This document shows, in pieces, positions 1-11,359 of a DNA stretch of 64,000 nucleotides. Numbering within the stretch: the first letter of the stretch is position 1; every line of letters starts with the position of its first letter. The DNA comes from an uncultured Thermoleophilia bacterium (GTDB lineage: Bacteria; Actinomycetota; Thermoleophilia; UBA2241). Position numbers and translations under genes: made by a program. The DNA lies in assembly GCA_963702475.1 (NCBI GenBank), contig CAVPCT010000002.1, positions 320,001 to 384,000 on the forward strand, in the 5' to 3' direction. Under the pieces are notes generated by a model that ran no database searches, was not told the DNA's origin, and worked only from the letters and a program-made list of their open reading frames with translations.

Positions 1-1446
1 GTCCCCGTGGTCGACAACGAGCGCACCCTCGGCATCGACGACGCCCTCGTGGGCGCCTGCACGATCTCCGGCAACGTCGGCGGGATCCCCGGTATCGAGG
101 TCTACGTCTACACGCCCGAGATGGGCGACCCGTATGACTTCGTCGCGGCCGTCCAGACCGGCGACGCCGTCCCCGACGCCGTCAGCGACATCAACGGTGA
201 CTACGCGGTCGAGGAGCTCAACCCGACCGGCGGCGCCGGCCCGGCCGCCTACTGGGTCTACTTCTACGACCCCAGCGGCACCTACGCGCCGGAGTGGTTC
301 GACAACGTGCTGCCGTGGTTCGACGGCACCAGCCTCACGCAGCCCTTCGGCACGGTCGACATGCTCGCCGGCGCCGAGCTCGATCTGGCCGGCACCATCG
401 CCGGCTCCGTCGACGGCGACGTCGGCGACATGACCGAGTACGATCTCGAGGGCATCGAGGTCAGCGTGTACGCGACCGACGGCAAGAGCATCTCGCTCTT
501 CATGGGCATGGCCGTGTCCGACTCCAACGGGCGCTTCGCCATAGACGGCCTGCCCGTGGGTGACTACTTCGTCCGCTTCGACGACTTCAGCGGCGACTAC
601 TTCGACAAGTGGTTCAACGTCTGGTCCTACGCCGCCGCCGCCACCGGCGACCCGTTCACGGACGGCGCCCAGATCGTCGAGATCGACGACCCCGGCTACC
701 AGGACAACGGCGTCTACGCGCTCATGAAGCCGATCCCCTACATCGACTTCGTGCACCCGCCGTTCGGCGTGAACGACGGTCCTAACCGTTACGAGACCGA
801 GCTCGCCTTCAGCGGCTGGGGCCTGAACTTCGTCGAGTTCGTCGATATCTGGAAGCCGGGCCTGCCGCCGTTCTTCATCAACAAGCTGGGCTTCTGGTCC
901 GACTCGACCTTCGCGGCCACCGGCGTCTACAACCTGGCCGCGCCGCTGGCCCCGACCGGCACCTACGTCGTCTCCGCTTGGTACTACGACTACTACCTCG
1001 AGGACTGGACCTGGACCTACCTCTACAACTCCTTCCAGGTCGTGAACAGCTGGGTGCCGACCGTCCCGCCCACGCCGCCGTCGCCGACCACCCCGGTGCT
1101 CCCGGCTGAGCCCACGCCGATCGTCACCCCGCAGCCGCCCGCGCCGCAGCCCCCGGCTGCGCCGGTCGCCGGCCCCGTCATGGTGAGCGCCGAGAAGGCC
1201 GCCGTGAAGAAGGGCGCCATGGCCACCCTGCGCTTCCAGGTCAGCGAGCTCGTCCTGGGCGGCACTGCCGAGGTCAAGGTCGTCATCGCCAACAAGGCCG
1301 GCAAGGTCGTCAAGCAGGTCAAGAAGAGCGTCACCATGAACGCTGCCGCGAGCGTCAGCTTCCGCTGCAAGCTCGCCAAGGGCAGCTACACCTACACCGT
1401 CAGCGCCGGTGCGGCGTCGGCGTCCAGCACCCTGGTCGTGAAGTAA
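1..1446 (+). CDS. Secreted/surface protein, 5'-truncated: repeated carboxypeptidase-regulatory-like Ig domains, Pro-rich linker, Lys-rich C-terminal beta domain
   Basis: Frame open from base 1; repeated YxVxFxDxSGxYxx(E/K)WF motif; PTVPPTPPSPTTP linker; strong GC3 codon bias. Confidence 0.7.
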   Translation, partial: VPVVDNERTLGIDDALVGACTISGNVGGIPGIEVYVYTPEMGDPYDFVAAVQTGDAVPDAVSDINGDYAVEELNPTGGAGPAAYWVYFYDPSGTYAPEWFDNVLPWFDGTSLTQPFGTVDMLAGAELDLAGTIAGSVDGDVGDMTEYDLEGIEVSVYATDGKSISLFMGMAVSDSNGRFAIDGLPVGDYFVRFDDFSGDYFDKWFNVWSYAAAATGDPFTDGAQIVEIDDPGYQDNGVYALMKPIPYIDFVHPPFGVNDGPNRYETELAFSGWGLNFVEFVDIWKPGLPPFFINKLGFWSDSTFAATGVYNLAAPLAPTGTYVVSAWYYDYYLEDWTWTYLYNSFQVVNSWVPTVPPTPPSPTTPVLPAEPTPIVTPQPPAPQPPAAPVAGPVMVSAEKAAVKKGAMATLRFQVSELVLGGTAEVKVVIANKAGKVVKQVKKSVTMNAAASVSFRCKLAKGSYTYTVSAGAASASSTLVVK

Positions 1447-1500
1447 CACTCGCGACCGGAGGACCACGGGCCAACGCCCTGGTACAGGCCCGTGGATCGA

Positions 1501-1538
1501 ACGCGGCGGGGCCGGCAGTGAAGCCGGCCCCGCCGCGT
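1501..1538 (+). terminator. GC-rich hairpin after surface protein gene
   Basis: ACGCGGCGGGGCCGGC-agtgaa-GCCGGCCCCGCCGCGT, perfect 16-bp stem. Confidence 0.65.
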
Positions 1539-1933
1539 CTTGCGGTTGAAACCGACAGGCCGGCTGCCCGGCCGTGACGGCCGCCGATCACGGCTCCGAG
1601 CGCACGAGCCGCTTTCGAGGAAGGTGCGCCTCCGTCTCGAGGGCCCGGTCGTCCGCCGTGCGGCGCGGCGGCCGAGCGTGTGGGATCCTCACGCCGCGCA
1701 TCGAGGGCGCGGACCCGGGACCGGCGTGAGCCCGGGTCGCCGTCTCCGCTTGCCGCTCAGGGATGCCTTGTGACTCGGGCATGCTTCCTGATCCGGAGTG
1801 TTTCTGACCTCGTCGTATCTCGCTTGCGCCCCCTGCGCCCACCGCCACCCGCCTGCTCCTGCCGCCCGGATCACGGCCCGTCCAGTCCCACCGGGGTTAT
1901 GCGACGGATTTGACAGGGTAGGATGGGCAAGCG

Positions 1934-2734
1934 ATGGAGCCTGTGGACGACAGCGCGAGCGAGACTTTACGGCCTTCAGACGCCGGCGGTGAGTCCGCCG
2001 TGGCCGCCGTGTTCGACAGAGTCGCGGCGGCCCTCGAAGCCCACGACAAGGCCACGGCCGTGCGGTCGGCGGTCGAGGCCGTGGCGTCCGGGCAGGTGAC
2101 GATTTCCGAGCTCTACAGAGACGTGCTCACCGCCATTCTCGCCGCGACTGGGACGGCGTGGCAGCGGGGGACCGTCGCGGTCTGGGAGGAGCACCTGGCC
2201 AGCGCTGCCGTCCGCACCATCGTCGAGATCCTGTATCCGGGCGTGCTGAAGGCCAAGGCGCAGGCCCCCGCCACCGGGCGGTCCGTGCTGCTGGCCTGCC
2301 CGCCTGAGGAGTCGCACGACCTGGGCCTGCGCATGGTGTCGGACCGCTTCGACATGGCGGGCTGGACGACGTACTTCCTCGGCGCGGACACGCCGGTGGA
2401 CGAGATCGCGGACGCCGCCGCACGCCTTGGTGTGGAGGCCGTCGTCATGAGCTCGTCGACGCACTACCACCGGCTCGAGGTCAGGCACGCGGTCGACGCG
2501 CTCAAGCGGGCGCTGCCCAACGTGGACGTCTGGGTCGGCGGTCCCGCCTTCGCCCTGGACACGGCAGGCTGGTCACCGCACGAGATCGTCGATCTCGACG
2601 CCCTCCTCGGCACCTGGATCGGCCCGGGCGCGGCTGTACACACGGGCAGCACGGCGCCGGCCGGGGCCCGGACGCCCGCCGACGACGAGCCGGCCGGCGA
2701 GAGCGACCACGCAGACGAGCAGGCGGGGGACTGA
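1934..2734 (+). CDS. Stand-alone cobalamin-binding domain protein (CarH/AerR-like sensor module, no HTH)
   Basis: WQRGTVAVWEEH (W-x9-EH), ESHDLG (ExHxxG) and VWVGG motifs. Confidence 0.8.
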   Translation: MEPVDDSASETLRPSDAGGESAVAAVFDRVAAALEAHDKATAVRSAVEAVASGQVTISELYRDVLTAILAATGTAWQRGTVAVWEEHLASAAVRTIVEILYPGVLKAKAQAPATGRSVLLACPPEESHDLGLRMVSDRFDMAGWTTYFLGADTPVDEIADAAARLGVEAVVMSSSTHYHRLEVRHAVDALKRALPNVDVWVGGPAFALDTAGWSPHEIVDLDALLGTWIGPGAAVHTGSTAPAGARTPADDEPAGESDHADEQAGD

Positions 2735-2737
2735 CGC

Positions 2738-3877
2738 GTGCTGAGCTTCTCCATCGCCGTGCGCTTCCTTCGCAAGAGCCCGGTGCAGTCCATACTTATC
2801 GCGGCCGGCATCGCCGTCGGCATCGGCGTTCAGGTGTTCCTCGGGTCGCTGATCATCGGCCTGCAGGAGAGCCTGGTCGACCAGACCATCGGCAGCAGCT
2901 CTCAGGTCACGGTCCAGGCCAGGGAACAGGGCGGGGCGGTCGACTACACGGCGCAGGTCAAGGAGGCCATCGCCGAGCAGTCCGCGATCACCACGCAGGT
3001 CCCGGTGCGGCAGTTCTCCGCCATCCTGCGCGAGGGCACCGATACCGTGCCCCTTCAGCTGACCGGCGGCGAGCTGTCCCAGCTCGACACGATCTACGAC
3101 ATCACCGGCAAGACCGTCGCCGGTACGGCTGGCCTGGACGGCGCCGATCTCATCGTGGGCAAGGACCTGGCCGACAAGTACGGCCTGAAGCCGGGACAGA
3201 CGCTCACGCTCGTGCAGCCCGACGGGCAGACGCTGAACGAGACCGTCAGCGCGGTAGTCGACTTCGGCTCATCCCAAGCCAACCTGAGCCTCGGTTTCAC
3301 CTCCGCGCAGGTGGCGAAGGAGGTCCTCGGCTACACGGACGAGCAGTACTCCGAGATCCAGACCCAGGTGGGCGACGTGTTCGAATCGGCGCAGGTCGCC
3401 GACAGTCTGCAGGCAGAACCGGCCATGCAGAATCTCAAGGTCACCGAGTGGCAGGCCGAGAACGCCGATCTGCTTCAGGCGCTGCAGTCGCAGAGCACCT
3501 CCAGCTACACCATCCAGTTCTTCGTGCTGGTGGCAGTCGCCCTCGGCATCGCCTCCACACTGGCCATCTCGGCCGTGCAGAAGACGCGCCAGATCGGCAT
3601 CCTCAAGGCGATGGGCATGCGCGACCGGCAGGCCGGGCGCATCTTCCTCTGGCAGGCGACCATTCTCGGGCTCGTCGGCGCCGGCGCGGGCGTGGTCGTC
3701 GGCGTCGGCCTGATCAGTCTGTTCTCGCTCACCGGCGGCAGCCTGACCTTCGGCCCCAAACCCGGCTTCACGGCCATCTCGTTCGCCGTAGGCGTGTTGG
3801 TGGCTCTGGGCTCGTCGCTCATCCCGTCGCGCCGCACGTCCAAGCTGGACCCGATCGAGGTGATCCAGGGTGGCTGA
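2738..3877 (+). CDS. ABC transporter permease, FtsX/MacB/LolE family
   Basis: N-terminal TM, large extracytoplasmic domain, KTRQIGILKAMG motif, C-terminal LDPIEVI. Confidence 0.9.
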   Translation: MLSFSIAVRFLRKSPVQSILIAAGIAVGIGVQVFLGSLIIGLQESLVDQTIGSSSQVTVQAREQGGAVDYTAQVKEAIAEQSAITTQVPVRQFSAILREGTDTVPLQLTGGELSQLDTIYDITGKTVAGTAGLDGADLIVGKDLADKYGLKPGQTLTLVQPDGQTLNETVSAVVDFGSSQANLSLGFTSAQVAKEVLGYTDEQYSEIQTQVGDVFESAQVADSLQAEPAMQNLKVTEWQAENADLLQALQSQSTSSYTIQFFVLVAVALGIASTLAISAVQKTRQIGILKAMGMRDRQAGRIFLWQATILGLVGAGAGVVVGVGLISLFSLTGGSLTFGPKPGFTAISFAVGVLVALGSSLIPSRRTSKLDPIEVIQGG

Positions 3878-4574
3878 GGTGCTCCTCAAGGCCGAGGGCC
3901 TGGGCAAGACCTACGGCACGGTGGCGAAGACCGTGGCTCTCAGCGGCGTGGACTTCGAGCTGCACGGCGGGGAGTTCGCCTCGGTGATCGGCCAGTCCGG
4001 GTCGGGCAAGTCAACGCTCCTCAACCTCATCGGCCTGCTCGACACGCCCACCGAGGGCCGCGTGGTGCTCAACGGGCACGACACGGTCGCCGCGAGTCGC
4101 ACGCAGCGCGCCGCCCTGCGCAACGACTTCATAGGGTTCGTGTTCCAGTTCCACTACCTGCTTCCGGAGTTCACGGTGCTGGAGAACGTGGTCATGCCCG
4201 GCCGCATCGCCGGCGTCAGCCCGGCGGAGCTCAGGCCGCGGGCCGAGGAGACGCTGGCGCTGCTCGGCCTCGAGGGCCTCGAGAAGAAGAACGCCAACGA
4301 TCTCTCGGGCGGGCAGAAGCAGCGCGTGGCCATCGCGCGCGCGCTGATGAACCGGCCCGCCCTGGTGCTCGCCGACGAGCCCACCGGCAACCTGGACACG
4401 GTCAACACCAAGGCCGTGTACAAGCTGTTCCGGCAGATCAACGAGCAGCTCGGCACGGCCTTCATCATCGTCACGCACGACCGCGGCGTGGCGCAGCAGA
4501 CCGATCGCATCCTGGAGATCCAGGATGGACGCCTGGAGCAGGACGTGCGCAACACGTACGTCGAGCAGGGGTGA
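3870..4574 (+). CDS. ABC transporter ATP-binding protein, LolD family
   Basis: GQSGSGKS Walker A, LSGGQKQR, ADEPTGNLD. Confidence 0.95.
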   Translation: MAEVLLKAEGLGKTYGTVAKTVALSGVDFELHGGEFASVIGQSGSGKSTLLNLIGLLDTPTEGRVVLNGHDTVAASRTQRAALRNDFIGFVFQFHYLLPEFTVLENVVMPGRIAGVSPAELRPRAEETLALLGLEGLEKKNANDLSGGQKQRVAIARALMNRPALVLADEPTGNLDTVNTKAVYKLFRQINEQLGTAFIIVTHDRGVAQQTDRILEIQDGRLEQDVRNTYVEQG

Positions 4575-4609
4575 CGCGCAGCCCGGGCGTCACTCGCTGC
4601 GTCAGGCGT

Positions 4610-4638
4610 GTGACGCCCGACACCGAAGGTGGTATCGT
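4610..4638 (+). promoter_or_regulatory. sigma70-type promoter for tRNA-tig operon
   Basis: GTGACG-17 bp-TATCGT with TGn extension. Confidence 0.5.
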
Positions 4639-4694
4639 TTGAGGCCGCCGCACGGTCGAGCCTGCAGTCAGGCCGTCCGGCGGCGTGCACCGGT

Positions 4695-4771
4695 GGTGGA
4701 CGTAGCTCAGTTGGTAGAGCTCCAGGTTGTGGCCCTGGCGGTCGCGGGTTCAAGTCCCGTCGTTCACCCCA
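4695..4771 (+). tRNA. tRNA-His(GUG)
   Basis: G-1, acceptor GTGGACG/CGTTCAC, anticodon arm CCAGG-TTGTGGC-CCTGG, GGTTCAAGTCC, encoded CCA. Confidence 0.97.
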
Positions 4772-4820
4772 ACCATGTGTGGCACCGGCCGGCGCTACGT
4801 GCCGGCTGTCGACGTTAAGT

Positions 4821-4906
4821 GCGGGTGTGGCGGAACTGGTAGACGCGCTAGACTTAGGATCTGGTGAGCTCTGCTCGTGGAGGTTCAAGTCCTCTCACCC
4901 GCACCA
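4821..4906 (+). tRNA. tRNA-Leu(UAG)
   Basis: GCGGGTG/CACCCGC acceptor, CTAGA-CTTAGGA-TCTGG anticodon arm, long variable arm, encoded CCA. Confidence 0.97.
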
Positions 4907-4999
4907 GAAGCTCACGCCTGACTCCCGCACAGACCACAGGAGGGGGCGGCCCCGCGGCTTCGCCGCCCCGCCGCCCACCCGACAGACGGAGAACCCACA

Positions 5000-6388
5000 G
5001 TGAAGACGAAGGTCGAACCAGCAGCCGAGAACGAGGTCCTTCTCACCGTCGACGTCCCCGCCGAGGCGGTGAAGCGTGCCTACGACTTCGCCGTCGCCAA
5101 GGTACGCAGCGACCTCCAGCTTCCCGGCTTCCGCAAAGGTCGTGTGCCGGTGAGGATCGTGGAGCAGCAGGTCGGCATGGACTACCTGCGCGCCGAGGCG
5201 CTTGAGGACGCCATCCCCGAGTGGGGCGACCAGGCGCTTCGCGAGTCCGGGCTCTACGACGACGCCGTCGGCACGTCGGATCTCCAGGCCGGTCCCCTTG
5301 ACGAGAGCACGGAGTACAGCTTCACCCTCAAGGTCCAGACCCTTCCCGTGCCCGTTCTCGGTGAGTACAAAGGCCTCGAGGTGCCGAAGCGTGAGTTCGA
5401 AGTCACCGACGGCCAGGTCGACGCACAGCTCGCCATGCTGCAGGAGCGCCTCGCCAAGTTGCAGCCCGTGGAGGGTCGCGCCGTCCAGAAGGGCGACTTC
5501 GTGCTCATGGACTTCAGCGGCACGCACGACGGCGAGCCCATCGAGGGCGCCGACGGCGCCGACCAGGTGTACGAGATCGGCAGTGGCAACCTCATCCCCG
5601 GCTTCGAAGAGGCCGTCGAGGGCGTCATGAGCGGCGAGGAGAAGATCTTCGACATCACGTTCCCGGACGACTACCACGCCGAGCACCTGGCCGGACAGCC
5701 GGCCACCTTCACCGTCCAGGTCAAGGACATCAAGGAGAAGGTCGTCCCGGAGCTCGACGACGCCTTCGCGGTCGACGTGAGCGAGTTCGACACCCTCGAC
5801 GAGCTGCGCAGCGACGTGCGCGCCCGCCTCGAGGCGGCCGCCGAGGCCGGCGTGCGCCGCGAGTTCCGCGCCGCCGCCGTCGACAAGGCCGTCGAGAACG
5901 CCACCGTCAACGTGCCCTCCACGATGATCGACCGCGAAGCCCACCGCCTGTACCACGAGCTCGAGGAGAACGTGGGCGAGCGCGGCCTCACCATGGACGT
6001 GTACCTCGGCGTGCTCGAGAAGACGCCGGAGGACGTCGAAGAGGAGCTCCGGCCGCAGGCCGAGCACGTCATCAAGCGGCGCCTCGTGCTCGAGGCCATC
6101 GCCGAGGCCGAGGGCCTCGCGGTCGGCGACGACGAGATGCTCGAGATGATCAAGGCCGACGCTGCCGCGCTCCAGCGCGATCCGCTGCAGCTCATCGCCG
6201 ACCTGCGCGAATCGGGCAGGCAAGAGGCGGTCCGCGACGAAATGCTACTGGCCAAGACCGTCGACCTCGTGGCCGACGCGTCCGTGCCGGTGCCCCTGAC
6301 CGAAGAGGAAGAGGCCGCCGAAGAGGACGCCGCCGAGGCCGCCGAGGCCGCCGAGGAGGCCGGCGAAGCTGTGTCCACGGAGAGCTGA
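5000..6388 (+). CDS. tig: Trigger factor
   Basis: LPGFRKGRVP ribosome-binding motif, FKBP domain (LIPGFEE), synteny with clpP. Confidence 0.97.
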   Translation: MKTKVEPAAENEVLLTVDVPAEAVKRAYDFAVAKVRSDLQLPGFRKGRVPVRIVEQQVGMDYLRAEALEDAIPEWGDQALRESGLYDDAVGTSDLQAGPLDESTEYSFTLKVQTLPVPVLGEYKGLEVPKREFEVTDGQVDAQLAMLQERLAKLQPVEGRAVQKGDFVLMDFSGTHDGEPIEGADGADQVYEIGSGNLIPGFEEAVEGVMSGEEKIFDITFPDDYHAEHLAGQPATFTVQVKDIKEKVVPELDDAFAVDVSEFDTLDELRSDVRARLEAAAEAGVRREFRAAAVDKAVENATVNVPSTMIDREAHRLYHELEENVGERGLTMDVYLGVLEKTPEDVEEELRPQAEHVIKRRLVLEAIAEAEGLAVGDDEMLEMIKADAAALQRDPLQLIADLRESGRQEAVRDEMLLAKTVDLVADASVPVPLTEEEEAAEEDAAEAAEAAEEAGEAVSTES

Positions 6389-6442
6389 CGTTTCGTTGCG
6401 GGAAACAAGTACACGATATCAGCGAGCAAGAAGGGTGGTCCC

Positions 6443-7027
6443 TTGACACCACTGGTCCCGTTCGTGATCGAACAGACGAGCCGCGGTGAGCGCTCGTTCG
6501 ACATCTTCAGCCGGCTGCTCAACGAGCGCGTCATCTTCCTGGGCACGCCCATCAATGACGACGTCGCCAACCTCATCGTGGCTCAGCTGATCCACCTGGA
6601 GTCGGACGACCCCGACAAAGACATCAGCCTCTACATCAACAGCCCTGGCGGCGCGGTGTACGCGGGGCTGGCCATCTACGACACCATGCAGTTCATCAAG
6701 CCCGACGTGAGCACCATCTGCGTCGGGAGCGCCATGAGCATGGGGGCGCTGCTGCTCGCCGGCGGCGCCAAAGGCAAGCGCTTCGCGCTGCCCAACGCCC
6801 GCGTGCTCATCCACCAGGTGATGGGCGGCTACGAGGGTCAGGCGACCGACATCGAGATCCACGCTCGCGAGGTCATCAGTCTGCGCCAGCGCCTGGACGA
6901 GATCCTCTCCGAGCATACGGGCAAGGAAGTGGAGAAGGTGCGCACCGACACGGAGCGCGACTACTTCATGAGTGCGGCAGAAGCCCAGGACTACGGAATC
7001 ATCGACGACGTCATCGCCCACCGCTGA
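6443..7027 (+). CDS. clpP: ATP-dependent Clp protease proteolytic subunit
   Basis: [27 protein letters not shown]. Confidence 0.98.
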   Translation: MTPLVPFVIEQTSRGERSFDIFSRLLNERVIFLGTPINDDVANLIVAQLIHLESDDPDKDISLYINSPGGAVYAGLAIYDTMQFIKPDVSTICVGSAMSMGALLLAGGAKGKRFALPNARVLIHQVMGGYEGQATDIEIHAREVISLRQRLDEILSEHTGKEVEKVRTDTERDYFMSAAEAQDYGIIDDVIAHR

Positions 7028-7064
7028 GGCGGGTGCGAGGCTCACACGTGAGAAGGAGCTGAAC

Positions 7065-8316
<1,252 letters not shown>

Positions 8317-8336
<20 letters not shown>

Positions 8337-10833
8337 GGCGGGCTCCGCAGGGTCCGCAGACGACGGCGGCGTGGCCGCGCGCGGCGGCGAGGCGAAGCCG
8401 AGCCGAGCATCGCGCGGCGTCAAAAGGCCGTCCGTGACACCGGACACCGTGGCTCTGCCGCTCCTGCCCACACGGGAGCTGGTCGTCTTTCCCAAGATGG
8501 TCGCGCCCCTGTTCGTCGGGCGTGAGCGGTCCATCGTCGCCATCGAACAGGCGTTCGCCGCCAAGGGATCGCTCGTCCTGTGTGCCCAGCGCGACCCGTC
8601 GATCGAGGATCCGGACGTCGAGGACATGGGGCCGGTGGGCACCCGCGTCACGGTCCTGCAGCTGCTCAAGCTCCCGGACGGCAGCATCAAGGCCCTGGTG
8701 GAGGGTCACGAGCGGGTGCACATCGGGCGCTACACGGCCACGTCGCCGTGCTTCCTGGTCGAGGCCGAGCCTATCGCGCCGCGCGACCGCGCCCTGGGGC
8801 GCACGCGCTCTCTTGCGCGGCGTGTGGCCGCCGAGTTCACCACCTACGTGCAGCTGAACCCACAGCTCTCCGACGAAGTGCAGTACGTCGCCGGACAGAT
8901 CGACGACGCCGAGACGGTCGCCGACATCGTGGCGGCGCACCTGCAGATCGGCGCGGCCGAGAAGCAGGCGCTTCTGGAGACGGAGTCCACGCAGGAGCGC
9001 CTGCTCGCCCTGTTGGAGCTCGTGGCAGAGGAGAACGCGGTGCTCGGCCTCGAGCACGAGATCATGAGCAAGGTGCAGCACCGTATCGAGAGCGCCCAGC
9101 GCCAGCTGCTCCTGCACGAGAAGCTGCGTGTCATCCGCGACGAGATCGAGGAGGCCGGGGAGCTCGTGGACGACGACACGGTGCAGTACCACCGGCTGCT
9201 CGAGGAGACAGGTCTGTCGTCGGCCGCTCGCGCCCTCGTCCAGCGCGAGCTTCGCAAGCTCAAGCAGGCCTCGCCGATGAGCCCGGAGGTGGCCGTGATC
9301 CGCGGCCTCCTGGACACGCTCAGCGAGCTTCCCTGGGGCAGGCTCGCGCCGGCCGAGGTCGACGTGCCCGCGGTGGCCGCGCACCTGGAGCGCACGCACT
9401 ACGGCCTCAAGGATGTCAAGGACCGGATCCTCGAGTACCTTGCGGTGGTGCGCATGCGTGCCGAGGCGGGACGCTCCGGCAAGGCGGGCCCGTCGGTCGC
9501 CGACCAGCCGGCCACCATCCTGTGTCTGGCCGGCCCACCCGGCACCGGCAAGAGCAGCGTCGCGCAGAGCATCGCCGACGCACTCGGCCGTCCATTCATG
9601 CGCGTCGCGCTGGGTGGCGTGCGCGACGAGGCCGAGATCCGTGGGCATCGCCGCACGTACGTGGGGGCGATGCCGGGCCGCATCATCGATGGGCTCGCCA
9701 AGGCCGGTGTCGACAACCCGGTGATGCTGCTCGACGAGCTCGACAAGCTCGACAGCGACTGGCGCGGCAACCCCTCCGCGGCGCTCATGGAGGTCCTCGA
9801 CCCAGCCCACAACACGTCCTTCCGGGACAATTACCTGGAGTGTGAGTACGACCTCAGCCGCGTGTTCTTCATCGCCACGGCCAACGACGTCGACGCCATC
9901 CCCGGCACGCTGTACGACCGTCTGGAGGTCATCCACCTCAGTGGGTACACGCTGGCAGAGAAGCTGGCCATCGCGCGCCGCCACCTCGTGCCCCGTGTGG
10001 CGCGCGACACCGGCCTGCGCCGCGGCGACGTGCGCTTCGGCCGCGGCGCCCTCCAGGCCGTCGTCCGCGGCTACACGCGTGAGGCCGGCGTGCGCGAGCT
10101 GGAGCGCGCCCTGCGGCGCATCGACCGTAAGGCCGCGCGCGAGCATCTGGAGAAGGGTGCCGCGTTCCCGCTGGAGGTAGGTCCGGCCGACCTGCGCGGG
10201 TACCTGGGCGAAGCCCACTGGCTCGAGGCCGAACTGCGCCGCAAGGCGTGCGCGGGGGAGAGCCTCGGCCTCGCCTACACGTCCGACGGCGGCGAGGTGC
10301 TCGTGATCGAGGCCGCCGTCGCCCGCGGCCGCGGCGAGCTGGTGCTCACCGGCCAGCTCGGCGACGTGATGCAGGAGTCCGCGTCCGCAGCCTGGGGCTA
10401 CCTGCTCGGGCACATGGAGCGCGACCCTGCGCTGCAGCCGCTTCTCAGGCGGTCGCCATACCTGACCAGGGAGGGCCTGGATCTCGCCTCCCAGGACGTA
10501 CGCGTACACGTGCCCGAGGGCGCCGTCCCCAAGGACGGCCCTTCCGCCGGCATGGCTCTCGCCGTGGCGATGCTGTCTGCGCTGACCGGCGCGCGCATCA
10601 GGCCCCGCGTGGCGATGACCGGCGAGATCACCCTGAGCGGGCGCATCCTTCGCATAGGCGGCCTCAAGGAGAAGCTCCTTGCAGCCGGCCGGTCCGGCGT
10701 ACGCACCGTCGTGTTGCCCGAGGCGAACCGTGGCACCGTGGCCGAGTTGCCGGCCGAGATCGTGGGTGGCCTGGAGCTCGTGTACATCACGGAGTTCCCC
10801 CAGGCGCTTCCCCACGTCCTCGCCCGCCGCTGA
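8317..10833 (+). CDS. lon: Lon protease
   Basis: LON N-domain, [35 protein letters not shown]. Confidence 0.96.
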
Positions 10834-10905
10834 TAGGCTTGTCGACGTCGCGGGTACCATCCCGCGTGACGGTCCCTGTCATCTTGTCGTGAGGAGCGCG
10901 GCACC

Positions 10906-11103
10906 ATGGGTGAAGAGCACAACCATCAGACGCCCGGTTCCATCGAGGAGCCCGGCGTGGACGCGGCCACGGGAAAGCTCGAGGTGACCTGTTCGGCCTG
11001 CGGCACCACGGTCGAGGGGTCAGACGAGTTCTGCCAGGTATGCGCCATCGAGGCCAGCGGCGGCGAGCTGCCGCCGGAGGACGAGGGCGCAGCCAAGGAG
11101 TGA
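10906..11103 (+). CDS. Small acidic zinc-ribbon protein
   Basis: GAGGAG RBS; CSAC-x10-CQVC. Confidence 0.65.
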   Translation: MGEEHNHQTPGSIEEPGVDAATGKLEVTCSACGTTVEGSDEFCQVCAIEASGGELPPEDEGAAKE

Positions 11104-11140
11104 CCCGGCGGCCGCAGGGCCGGACCGCGGCAGAGTCACG

Positions 11141-11175
11141 AGGGGCTGCGACGCGCACCGCGCGTCGCAGCCCCT
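11141..11175. terminator. Perfect 16-bp hairpin between convergent genes
   Basis: AGGGGCTGCGACGCGC-acc-GCGCGTCGCAGCCCCT. Confidence 0.6.
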
Positions 11176-11233
11176 CGATGCGTTCAGGTCACGGTCGGGC
11201 GATGACCGGTGACCGGCGCACCTGCGCCGAGGC

Positions 11234-11359
11234 TCGTTGAGCCCGCTGCGTCGCTCAGTGACGAGTGCCTCTGCGGCGCACCCGTCGTTGAACCCGCTGC
11301 GTCGCTCAGTGACGAGTGCCTCTGCGGCGCACCCGTCGTTGAGCCCGCTTCGTCGCTCA
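11234..11359. repeat. 51-bp tandem repeat, ~2.5 copies, with internal hairpins (REP/BIME-like)
   Basis: TCGTTGA(G/A)CCCGCT starts at 11234, 11285 and 11336; units nearly identical. Confidence 0.9.

Noticed and set aside
1680-1830. Structured intergenic stretch with faint SRP-like words on the minus strand
   Set aside because: Does not match the SRP core motif; GC-rich pairing is expected by chance.
4695-4906. tRNAs as integration sites
   Set aside because: No duplicated tRNA 3' end or integrase seen; tRNA-tig-clpPX is normal synteny.
11234-11359. Possible mini CRISPR array (24-bp repeat + 27-bp spacer)
   Set aside because: The spacers are identical and there are no cas genes; it is a tandem repeat.
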